The translations under genes were made by a program, and so were the position numbers. Positions 56,263 through 64,000 of a stretch of 64,000 nucleotides of DNA are shown piece by piece. Position 1 is the first letter of the stretch. Each line of letters opens with the position of its first letter. This DNA is from Candidatus Hadarchaeum sp. (GTDB lineage Archaea; Hadarchaeota; Hadarchaeia; Hadarchaeales; Hadarchaeaceae), in NCBI RefSeq assembly GCF_038871235.1, contig NZ_JAVZIN010000006.1:1-64000 (forward strand), read 5' to 3'. The notes beneath the pieces are model-generated. The model was not told the origin of the DNA. It made no database searches and saw only the letters and a list, made by a program, of their open reading frames with translations.

Positions 56263-57741
56263 TTACTCGCGGACCCATTTCAGCTCCCAGACTTCTGGGT
56301 TCTTCAGCCATGGCGCCGTGGGGATAATTTTCTCGCCTATCTTCTGTACCTTGTCGATTACCTTCTCCTCGTTGACGGTCTTAACCACTCCCTTCTCCAT
56401 GATTATCTTCCCGTTGACCATCACGGTGTCGCAGGAGTCGCCCTTGCCGTTGTAGACGAAACTGTTTATCACGTTCTCCTTGGTCACCGGAACCCAGTAG
56501 ATCTTTCTGAGATTCCACATGACGATGTCCGCCGCCTTTCCGACCTCAAGTGAGCCAATTTCCTTGTCCCACTTCAGCGCCTTGGCACCGTTCACCGTCG
56601 CCATCTCCAGCGCCTTGGGGCTGGGATCGGCGGTTCTCAACATGAAAAGGTCTGGGTCTGGGAATATCATCGGATGCCAGGCTTCGGCGTGCCCGACCGA
56701 TACCGTCCAGATATCCCGCACCAAGTCATGCGCCGTGCCGGTGCTGGATTCATCGTTGCCCAGCGCCACGTTGATTCCCATCTTAACCATTATTGGGAAC
56801 TTGCCTCGCATGGAAACTGCAGAATAAACGCCGTGCATGCTTGAGCCAGGAACGTGTACGACGTTGGAGTTGGTTTCCTTCAGCATCAGCAGTTCACCAC
56901 CGTCAACCCAGGCCATGTGGGCCGCCATGAAGTCGGGGCCCAGGACTCCCTGATCGTAGAGGTATTCAATGTCCCTTCGGCCAAATCGCTTGCGGGTCAT
57001 CTCAACCATGTCGTGTGAGACTCCGGCATGCGTTAATATGCCCACGTCGTATTTGTTCGCCAGTTCTCTGGTGGCCTTGCACAGCTCAGGGGACACATTG
57101 CAGACCTGCTGCAGGTCCATCCAGGCTTTGAGCCGGCCGTTGGCAGCACCGTTGTACTTCTTGATAAATTCCTCGCTGCGCTTGATACACTGGTCCGTGG
57201 TTTCTCTCAACCTGCTGCAGAGTTCAGTGAAGGCATCGTAAGAGGCATAGGATGATTTGGTCGCCTCGTGGATGTCCATCAAATCTCTGCCCAGAACCGC
57301 ACGCACCCCAACATCAGTTACCGCCTTTGCCGCCGAGTCCTCCATTGTCTGAATGGTGCCGCAGTCGCAGAAAGTGGTTGTTCCAGTCTTGAGCCCCTCG
57401 ATCAGGTTCTTAACTGCGGCGTAGTAGTAGTTCTCCTTGGTCAGGTTCATGTAGGTCCAGGAGAAATATCGCTCACACCAAGGTACAACCGGAACATCGT
57501 CCAACATGCTCTTGTCGTAGGCAGATTCCAAGTGGATGTGGCCGTTGATCAGTCCCGGGGTCACAAGATAGTTCTTGGCGTCGATTACGCGGTCCGCCCT
57601 ATATTTCTTTTTCAGCGCCGCCGTGTTGCCGATGTCGATGATTTTTCCGTCGTCAACGGCAATGGCGGCATTCTCAAGAAGTCTTCTCTTCGGGTCCATG
57701 GTAAGGACAAATCTCGCATTCACGATAAGGGTATCCACCAT
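56263..57741 (-). CDS. Amidohydrolase (SsnA/MtaD-like) with altered HxxE motif
   Basis: PGLINGHIH, THAGV, AAH, ALGND, MATVNGA, GSLEVGKAAD; start MVDTLI at 57741. Confidence 0.88.
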   Translation of the reverse strand: MVDTLIVNARFVLTMDPKRRLLENAAIAVDDGKIIDIGNTAALKKKYRADRVIDAKNYLVTPGLINGHIHLESAYDKSMLDDVPVVPWCERYFSWTYMNLTKENYYYAAVKNLIEGLKTGTTTFCDCGTIQTMEDSAAKAVTDVGVRAVLGRDLMDIHEATKSSYASYDAFTELCSRLRETTDQCIKRSEEFIKKYNGAANGRLKAWMDLQQVCNVSPELCKATRELANKYDVGILTHAGVSHDMVEMTRKRFGRRDIEYLYDQGVLGPDFMAAHMAWVDGGELLMLKETNSNVVHVPGSSMHGVYSAVSMRGKFPIMVKMGINVALGNDESSTGTAHDLVRDIWTVSVGHAEAWHPMIFPDPDLFMLRTADPSPKALEMATVNGAKALKWDKEIGSLEVGKAADIVMWNLRKIYWVPVTKENVINSFVYNGKGDSCDTVMVNGKIIMEKGVVKTVNEEKVIDKVQKIGEKIIPTAPWLKNPEVWELKWVRE

Positions 57742-57933
57742 GTGTCTCAGTATGCTTAAGAGCCGACCGTTAAAAAGATTTTTGGTCAAAATTCAATTTT
57801 ACCTTTCCGATAATCGGCGTTGAGATTATTGATATATACGAAAAACGAACTTTTCAAAAATAGCTTACTAAATACATTAAAGTTGGGCTGGGTTCGGACT
57901 GTCTGGCTTATATTGAACTAACCCGATAATTTC

Positions 57934-58653
57934 ATGATGCTTAAAGATAGAGTCAGGAGGTTAGCCCTAAAACTGGGGGCTGATTTGGTTGGATTTGGGC
58001 CCGCTGAGGCCATTGAGGAGGCGCCCGCCGGACATAGGGCGCAGGATTTTCTCCCTAGCGCCAAAACCGTCTTTTCAACGGCGGCACGCATAAATTATTC
58101 CGCTGTTGACGGCCTCCCCCTGACAAGACGGGAATATATCAATGCCAATGATAGCTCCCGTGCTCTACTCAACGGTGTCATCTGCGGAATCTCGAGATAT
58201 CTTGAGGAAGAAGGCTATTCTGCGATACCCTTCCTCCAAGGGACAGATCGTAAGGTGTTGATGGGAGACCTTTCCCTGAAACACGCGGCAGTAGTGGCCG
58301 GTCTGGGTGAGTTCGGATTGAACAATCTACTTCTGACACCTCGTTTTGGACCTAGAGTGCTATTGGGTGCCGTGGTCACAGATGCTTTGATTGTTCCAGA
58401 TCCACCACTAAGAGAGCAGCTCTGCGATCTATGTGGGGCTTGCTTGAAAGCCTGCCCTGTTGGTGCGATAAAGGAATTAAAGGATTTTGATAGAAAAAAA
58501 GGTGGAGCCATGGATAAGTACAAATGTTCTCATTATATAAACGAAATTTTGGAGCCAGAGTACGGCCACCACAGCTGCGGCCTTTGTATCAAAGCTTGCC
58601 ACGTTGGAAAAGTGGAAAAGGTGCAAAAAAGTATACAGGCGAAGTTAAAATGA
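57934..58653 (+). CDS. QueG/reductive dehalogenase-like 2x[4Fe-4S] (probably cobalamin-binding) protein
   Basis: GADLVG, SLKHAA..AGLG.FG.N.LL.TP.FGPR, CDLCGACLKACP, C...CGLCIKACH. Confidence 0.8.
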   Translation: MMLKDRVRRLALKLGADLVGFGPAEAIEEAPAGHRAQDFLPSAKTVFSTAARINYSAVDGLPLTRREYINANDSSRALLNGVICGISRYLEEEGYSAIPFLQGTDRKVLMGDLSLKHAAVVAGLGEFGLNNLLLTPRFGPRVLLGAVVTDALIVPDPPLREQLCDLCGACLKACPVGAIKELKDFDRKKGGAMDKYKCSHYINEILEPEYGHHSCGLCIKACHVGKVEKVQKSIQAKLK

Positions 58654-58717
58654 GGACATGAAGAATATTATGAGCGAGAACGCAAGGAAACTCTACCGAA
58701 TTTAGCCGTTTAGTAAA

Positions 58718-60061
58718 TTATTTTTTCTTTGGCTGGTACTGTTTTCTCCTCTCAAGAACCTCCGGAGTGATCTTCGTCGCTAGGTCGATGATTTTCTGCT
58801 CGTCAACATTTTTCAGGACACGATTTTCCATCACAATCTTTCCATCCACGAAAACAGTATCAACATCATCGCCGTGGCAGGCATAGACGAGGTGGGAAAT
58901 CACATTGAAGAACTCCCCGAACAGGACGGGCGTGGTGCGCAGCTTATTCAGGTCGACTAGAATCAGGTCTGCTTTTTTGCCTACCTCTAAGGAACCGATT
59001 TCCTTGTCCCATCCCAAGGACTTGGCGCCCTTAATCGTGGCCATCTCGAGAACTTGGTAGGCTGGCAGCACGGTGGCGTCTAGCCTAGTGACTTTCTGTA
59101 GTAGCGAGGCGAACTTCATCACTTCAAACATATCAGCAGTGTTGTTTTCCTTCAGGCCATCTGTGCCCAAGCTTACGTTTGCTCCGTATTCTATCAGCTC
59201 CGGTACCGGACAGACACCGTCGGCAAGCTTCTGGTTGCTTACAGAGCAGTGGGCGATGTTGGTCTTGGTTTGACCCAGCAGCCGCCTTTCCCTTTCGGTG
59301 AGCCAGCAGGCATGGGCAATTAACGTGTTCTTGCCCAGCAGACCAAAGTCGGCAAAGGCCTCTATGGAGTGTTTACCGAACCTTTTCATTGCCAGTTCCC
59401 ACTCGTCCTTCACCTCGCTGGAGTGAATGTGTATCCCTGTCTTGTATTTCCTGGCGCCCTCGACCACCTTGTGGATGTGATCATCAGAACTGTAGAATGC
59501 CCACTCCATCCCAAACCACACTCTCACCCTGCCTTGAGCATACCCGTTTCTGGACTTGACCAGTTTTTCATTATCCCCGTACGACTCATATTTGTGAACC
59601 GGTGAATCGGCAGCCATGGGGGCAAGGACAGCCCGGAGCCCGATTTCCCTTGCGGCGTCGGCGCACCGGTGCATGTATCGGAACATGTCCGCAACACAGG
59701 TTGTCCCCGACTTCAGGGCCTCGGAGTAGGTCAACATGGCAGCAGCATGAGCTATATCTGGAGTGACTACCCAATGCCATGGTGAGATGTAGTAGTCCAG
59801 CCACTCGATTAGGGGCATATCGTCTGCGGTGCCCCTGATCAGATCTGAGTGAATGTGGGTATTTACCAAACCAGGGATGACAGCTTTCTTTCTGGCGTCG
59901 ATAACCCGATCAACTTTATACTTCTTTTTCATAATCTCGTAAGTCTTTCCCAAATCAACTATTCTGTCGTCCTTGATGAGTACGGTGCCATCTTCAAAAA
60001 TTCTTCCGCGTTTGTCCATGGTGACGACGATACCGTTTTTTATTAGGGTAGTTTCTGACAC
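58718..60061 (-). CDS. Amidohydrolase (MTA/SAH-deaminase family)
   Basis: PGLVNTHIH, IHSSE, AHAC, HC..SN.KL..G, LGTDG; GTG start at 60061 after GAGG. Confidence 0.9.
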   Translation of the reverse strand: MSETTLIKNGIVVTMDKRGRIFEDGTVLIKDDRIVDLGKTYEIMKKKYKVDRVIDARKKAVIPGLVNTHIHSDLIRGTADDMPLIEWLDYYISPWHWVVTPDIAHAAAMLTYSEALKSGTTCVADMFRYMHRCADAAREIGLRAVLAPMAADSPVHKYESYGDNEKLVKSRNGYAQGRVRVWFGMEWAFYSSDDHIHKVVEGARKYKTGIHIHSSEVKDEWELAMKRFGKHSIEAFADFGLLGKNTLIAHACWLTERERRLLGQTKTNIAHCSVSNQKLADGVCPVPELIEYGANVSLGTDGLKENNTADMFEVMKFASLLQKVTRLDATVLPAYQVLEMATIKGAKSLGWDKEIGSLEVGKKADLILVDLNKLRTTPVLFGEFFNVISHLVYACHGDDVDTVFVDGKIVMENRVLKNVDEQKIIDLATKITPEVLERRKQYQPKKK

Positions 60062-60197
60062 AGTATCAACCTCAGGTTTCAACAAACATTACTGTTCACA
60101 AACTTTTATCGTTGACTCTGTCATAAATCAAACCACTCCCGTGTTGCACAGTTGTTTCATAAAAGTTTAATAGCTTCGCCACCCATCCTCAACAGAG

Positions 60198-61448
60198 GTG
60201 GATAGTATTAGCGAAATCGTGGCAATTGAGAATATAGGTAAGCTAGTTTCTGGAGACATAAATCAACCCATCTTGGATGCCGACACGATATTGATCAAAG
60301 ATGGGAAAATAGCTGAGGTTGGATGGAAGGGAGAAGTTGACGTAGAAGCTGCCAAGACGCGCATCGACGCCATGGGACTGGTGGTGACGCCGGGTTTCAT
60401 CGACCCACACACCCACATGGTCATCGGCGATTGGACCCCGATTCAGAAGGCGATCGGCTGGATGGAGGGTGCTCTTCTGGCCGGAGTTACGACGATGATC
60501 TCCCAGGGTGAAAACAATATCGGCGGTCTACCTATGGACCCAGCGGGCAACAAAGCGCTGGCAATTCTCGCTGCCAAGACCTACAAAAAGTACCGCCCCG
60601 GCGGTGCCCTGAAGGTCCACGGTGGGGCTTTGATGCTGGTCGAGGGGCTGACGGAGCAGGACTTCAAGGAGATGGCCGAGGCCGGCGTCTGGTTGATTGC
60701 CGAAATAGGCGGCTGTGGCCTCTATAAACCGAAAGATGTGGTGCCGATGGTGAAGTGGGCCAGGAAATATGGTTTCAAGGTATCGGCCCATCTGGGACCG
60801 GTTTCAATACCGCTGTCCGCGCCGCTGATGGCTGACGAGATAATTGAGATAAACCCGGATCTGGCCGTACACGTGAATGGCGGCTCAACCTCAGTTCCCT
60901 TCGCCGAGGTGAAAAAACTCGTTGACAACGCTGATTTTCATCTTGAGGCAGTCTTCAACGGAAACCCAAGAGCGGCCGTGGAAATGGTTGATTACATGAG
61001 AAAAAAGGATGCACTGGATAGGCTGGTTATAGGTTCTGACACACCCACTGGAAACGGCATGATCCCGGTGGCGATCCTTCGAATGGTGGTCCAGATAGCA
61101 TCTCTGAATCGGCTGCCAGCCGCGGAGGTCATTGCTGCAGCCACGGGAAACACCGCCGATACTTTTGGTTTGAATGTGGGCAAAATTGAGGTCGGCCGGG
61201 AGGCGGACATAATAATACTGGATCGTCCGGCGGGGTCTCAAGGAAGAGACGCACTGGAGGCCATAGAGATAGGCGACATTCCAGGGACGACCTTGATAAT
61301 GGTTGATGGTCAGATAGTTGCCCTCAGGGGGAGGGATACTAGGCAGACGGCGGGCTGCGTCAAGATCAACGGCGTCGAGAGAAAGATAACCACGATGGAG
61401 GATTACCTCTGGGGTCCATGGAAGTTTGCCATCGACAGGCTGATCTGA
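60198..61448 (+). CDS. Enamidase-family amidohydrolase
   Basis: NIGK.VSGDI..P.L.ADT, PG.IDPHTH..GDW.P.Q, GVTTMIS.G, KALA, KVHGGA, EIG, H.G..SIP, HVNGG.T, GSD.P.G.G, GDIPG. Colinear with my recollection of Eubacterium barkeri enamidase. Confidence 0.85.
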   Translation: MDSISEIVAIENIGKLVSGDINQPILDADTILIKDGKIAEVGWKGEVDVEAAKTRIDAMGLVVTPGFIDPHTHMVIGDWTPIQKAIGWMEGALLAGVTTMISQGENNIGGLPMDPAGNKALAILAAKTYKKYRPGGALKVHGGALMLVEGLTEQDFKEMAEAGVWLIAEIGGCGLYKPKDVVPMVKWARKYGFKVSAHLGPVSIPLSAPLMADEIIEINPDLAVHVNGGSTSVPFAEVKKLVDNADFHLEAVFNGNPRAAVEMVDYMRKKDALDRLVIGSDTPTGNGMIPVAILRMVVQIASLNRLPAAEVIAAATGNTADTFGLNVGKIEVGREADIIILDRPAGSQGRDALEAIEIGDIPGTTLIMVDGQIVALRGRDTRQTAGCVKINGVERKITTMEDYLWGPWKFAIDRLI

Positions 61449-61503
61449 ACGCAGTGAGTGCGCAAGCTATAAATCAAATGGGACTTAGAAAGGTTGTGGT
61501 GGA

Positions 61504-63648
61504 ATGGCTGAGGTGAAGAGAACCATCTGTATGGGTTGCCACTGTGAGTGCGGCGTCTTGGTAACAGTTGAGAATGGAAAGGTAACTAAAATAATTGGTG
61601 ATCCGGATCATCCCCAGAATGAAGGGGCCATTTGTGTAAGAGGAATGTCTTATCAGCAGCTTCTTTATCACCCCGACCGGCTGCGCCACCCGATGGAGCG
61701 TCAGCCCAACGGAGAATGGAAGAGGATCTCTTGGGACGAGGCGATGGATAAGATCGCCAGCAAGTTCAAGGAGCTGATTGACAAATACGGTCCGGAGTCG
61801 CTGGCCTTCGTTTTCTGCGACGGCGACCGGGATAACATAGTCTTCAACGTCGATTGGTTGACAGCGATCCAGAGCCCCCATCTGTTGGGAACCGACGCCC
61901 AGTACTGCATTCGGCCCAACTGGATTGCCGATGGCGTGACGTTTGGCCAGGCGCTGACTTGGGAAAAAGGGCCGGACTACAAGAACAGCAAATGCATCCT
62001 GATCTGGGGCGGAAACCCGCTTGAGACTCACCTCGGTTCCAAAGGACAGGAGATACTCCAAGCAAAATACAACAGAGGTGCCAAGCTCATAGTTGTCGAC
62101 CCGCGATTCACCAATCTGGCTTCCAAAGCTGACATCTGGCTACAGGTGAGGCCGGCGACTGATGCGGCTCTTGCCTTGGGAATGCTCAACGTTATCATCA
62201 ACGAGGAACTTTACGACAAGGACTTTGTCGCCGAGTGGACGGTGGGATTTGATAAACTTCGGGAGAGAGTTCAGGAATATCCTCCTGATAAGGTTGCTGA
62301 GATCACTTGGGTGCCGGAGGAGAAGATCAAGGAAGCGGCCCGGATGTATGCCACGAACAAGCCCGCTTCAGTACATCACAGAATGGGCGTCACCATGAAC
62401 ACCAACGGGCTCCAGACCTGCCGAGCCGTGGACATGTTGATAGCGATCACCGGCAACTTGGATATTCCTGGAGGCAACCTCCTGCCTTTTCCGTCACCCA
62501 CCAGCAGGGTTAGGTCGGCCTATGTGGAGTTTCCCAAACTTTACGCGGAAAGATTGCCTAAGGAAGTGAAGCAGAGGAGATACGGGGTGAAGGAGTTTCC
62601 CTTCGGTTATGATAAGGCCAATCCCTGGAACGATTCCCATCCTGTGCTAGCTTTTGACTCAATTCCTCAGGGAGGAATAAGGGGTATGTTTATCGTCAAC
62701 GATCCAGTAATGGGCATGCAGGGGAGCAAGCAGACGGCCAAGGACTTAGAACATCTGGAGTTTCTGGTGGTGATGGACTTCTGGATGACACCCACCGCCA
62801 GCTTTGCCAACATTGTCCTTCCGGCCGCGACTTGGCTGGAGAGGGACTTGGTTCATGAGCTGCACTACCCAAGCTACGTCGGCGTGGCACCCAAGGTAAT
62901 TGACCCAATCCCCGAGTGCCGAGACGAAAGGGAGGTTTCGATCGAACTGAGAAAGAGGCTAGGTCTGAAGAGCGCCTATCCGGTGGAAAGTGTGAAGGAA
63001 TGGAACGATTACCGCTTGGAAAGGCTGGGCGTGACCTTCGAGGAATTTTATCAGAAATATGGCACAGTTTTGAAGTTCCAGTTTGAGACTGAGAAATATA
63101 AGAAGTTCAAAAAGTTCCCGGGGACTCCCAGCGGAAAGGTCGAGCTGTATTCAAAGACGCTTGAGGAAAATGGAATAGATCCACTTCCCCACCACGAGGA
63201 GCCGCCAGTTGGTCCAGTAACCACGCCGGAGCTGATGGAAGAGTATCCTTTCATCTTCATCTCTGGAAGCAGAAAGGTGCTTTACTTCCACGGCTATGGG
63301 AGGCAACTGCCCTGGCTTCGCGAGATACAGCCGGATCCCGAAGTTGAGATAAACCCTGAGGCCGCCGAGAAGCTAGGAATCAAGGATGGCGATTGGGTCT
63401 GGATCGAGACCCCACAGGCCAAGGGAGAGCGGGTGAAGTTCAAGGCCAGGTTGACGTGGGGGATTCATCCCAAGGTAGTCAACGCCGATTCCCACTGGTG
63501 GTTCCCCGAGCGGAAGGACGATCCACATCGGGCCTGTTTTGAGTCCAACGTTAACGTGGTAGTGCCCAGATATCCACCCTATGACCCCGTCTTCGGCTGC
63601 CCGATCATTCGCGGGGCCATCTGCAAGATCACAAAGGTGGAGGCGTAA
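61504..63648 (+). CDS. Cytoplasmic bis-MGD (DMSO reductase family) Mo/W enzyme, acetylene-hydratase-like clade
   Basis: CMGCHCEC...C [4Fe-4S], HPDRL..P, ISWDEA, QYC (candidate metal ligand), WG.NP, VVDPR, RP.TD.AL, VLPAA..LE, TPSGKVE, WWFPE; no Tat signal. Confidence 0.88.
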   Translation: MAEVKRTICMGCHCECGVLVTVENGKVTKIIGDPDHPQNEGAICVRGMSYQQLLYHPDRLRHPMERQPNGEWKRISWDEAMDKIASKFKELIDKYGPESLAFVFCDGDRDNIVFNVDWLTAIQSPHLLGTDAQYCIRPNWIADGVTFGQALTWEKGPDYKNSKCILIWGGNPLETHLGSKGQEILQAKYNRGAKLIVVDPRFTNLASKADIWLQVRPATDAALALGMLNVIINEELYDKDFVAEWTVGFDKLRERVQEYPPDKVAEITWVPEEKIKEAARMYATNKPASVHHRMGVTMNTNGLQTCRAVDMLIAITGNLDIPGGNLLPFPSPTSRVRSAYVEFPKLYAERLPKEVKQRRYGVKEFPFGYDKANPWNDSHPVLAFDSIPQGGIRGMFIVNDPVMGMQGSKQTAKDLEHLEFLVVMDFWMTPTASFANIVLPAATWLERDLVHELHYPSYVGVAPKVIDPIPECRDEREVSIELRKRLGLKSAYPVESVKEWNDYRLERLGVTFEEFYQKYGTVLKFQFETEKYKKFKKFPGTPSGKVELYSKTLEENGIDPLPHHEEPPVGPVTTPELMEEYPFIFISGSRKVLYFHGYGRQLPWLREIQPDPEVEINPEAAEKLGIKDGDWVWIETPQAKGERVKFKARLTWGIHPKVVNADSHWWFPERKDDPHRACFESNVNVVVPRYPPYDPVFGCPIIRGAICKITKVEA

Positions 63649-63650
63649 AG

Positions 63651-64000
63651 ATGGCAAAATACAAACTGCAGGCCGACGTAAAGAAGTGTATCGGCTGTCA
63701 TTCCTGTGAGATCGCCTGTAAGCAGGAGTTCAACCTGCCTGTGGGCCCAATGCCCATCCGCGTGGTTAAGATAGGGCCAAGGAAGATCGATGGCGGGCTC
63801 AGGACTGATTATGTGCCTGTTTTCTGCAAACATTGTGAGGACGCCCCGTGTATCAAAGCTTGTCCTGAGCACGCGCTGTACAAGAGACCTGATGGCATTG
63901 TTATGGTGGACAAGGAAAAATGCATCGGCTGTCAGCTTTGCATTGATGTCTGTCCGATAAACGCCCCCCAGTTTAATCCTGAGCTGGGGAAGATTGAGCT
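63651..64000 (+). CDS. 4Fe-4S multicluster (DmsB-like) beta subunit, runs off the window
   Basis: Not in the ORF track; hand translation MAKYKLQADVKKCIGCHSCEIACK...FCKHCEDAPCIKACP...KCIGCQLCIDVCP. Confidence 0.9.
   Translation, partial: MAKYKLQADVKKCIGCHSCEIACKQEFNLPVGPMPIRVVKIGPRKIDGGLRTDYVPVFCKHCEDAPCIKACPEHALYKRPDGIVMVDKEKCIGCQLCIDVCPINAPQFNPELGKIE

Noticed and set aside
60099-60168. Inverted repeat AAACTTTTAT...ATAAAAGTTT
   Set aside because: Most simply the two TATA regions of back-to-back promoters; too AT-rich and too widely spaced to call an operator or MITE.
61504-63648. Calling the Mo/W enzyme acetylene hydratase, formate dehydrogenase or a selenoprotein
   Set aside because: The Asp next to the Fe-S cysteines is His, no FDH-type CH/UH motif is present, and there is no in-frame TGA.
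1-64000. CRISPR arrays, rRNA genes, transposases, prophage genes
   Set aside because: No regularly spaced direct repeats or corresponding protein motifs were recognised by eye.

Overview
Archaeal genomic window from a probable anaerobe. Archaeal markers are RFC large subunit, Mre11-Rad50, a PINA-type PIN ATPase, tRNAs with BHB introns and GGAGGTG/GGTGA ribosome-binding sites. The gene style suggests a Hadarchaeales-like uncultured lineage, but that is inference. Layout: (1) 0-8 kb: partial MEDS-PAS sensor, intron-containing tRNA-Cys, a sulfur-transfer cluster (THUMP-less ThiI, DUF6775-like protein, Cys-type Thi4, LarE), and a methanol-type methyltransferase operon of mtaB plus a single-chain mtaA-mtaC fusion. 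(2) 8.2-20 kb: an AT-richer catabolic island between a truncated ABC ATPase and tRNA-Ile, encoding a regulator, ferredoxin, AOR-family oxidoreductase, two ubiquitin-like proteins lacking a free C-terminal GG, a stand-alone PreA, an M20 hydrolase and a Liv-type ABC importer. (3) 20-49 kb: surface proteins, KptA, a coupled helicase-DNA methyltransferase pair, a compact membrane-anchored subtilase, MutM, core repair and housekeeping genes, and tRNA-Gly with a D-loop intron. (4) 49-64 kb: a putative anaerobic N-heterocycle catabolic region with three SsnA/MtaD-type amidohydrolases, enamidase, DUF1116, cyclase, a Rid protein, a QueG-like protein, a Cys-less thiolase/DUF35/GNAT-like trio, MobA and a cytoplasmic bis-MGD enzyme with its Fe-S subunit. 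No CRISPR array, rRNA, transposase or integrase was recognised. All family calls come from motif recognition by eye, not database searches.
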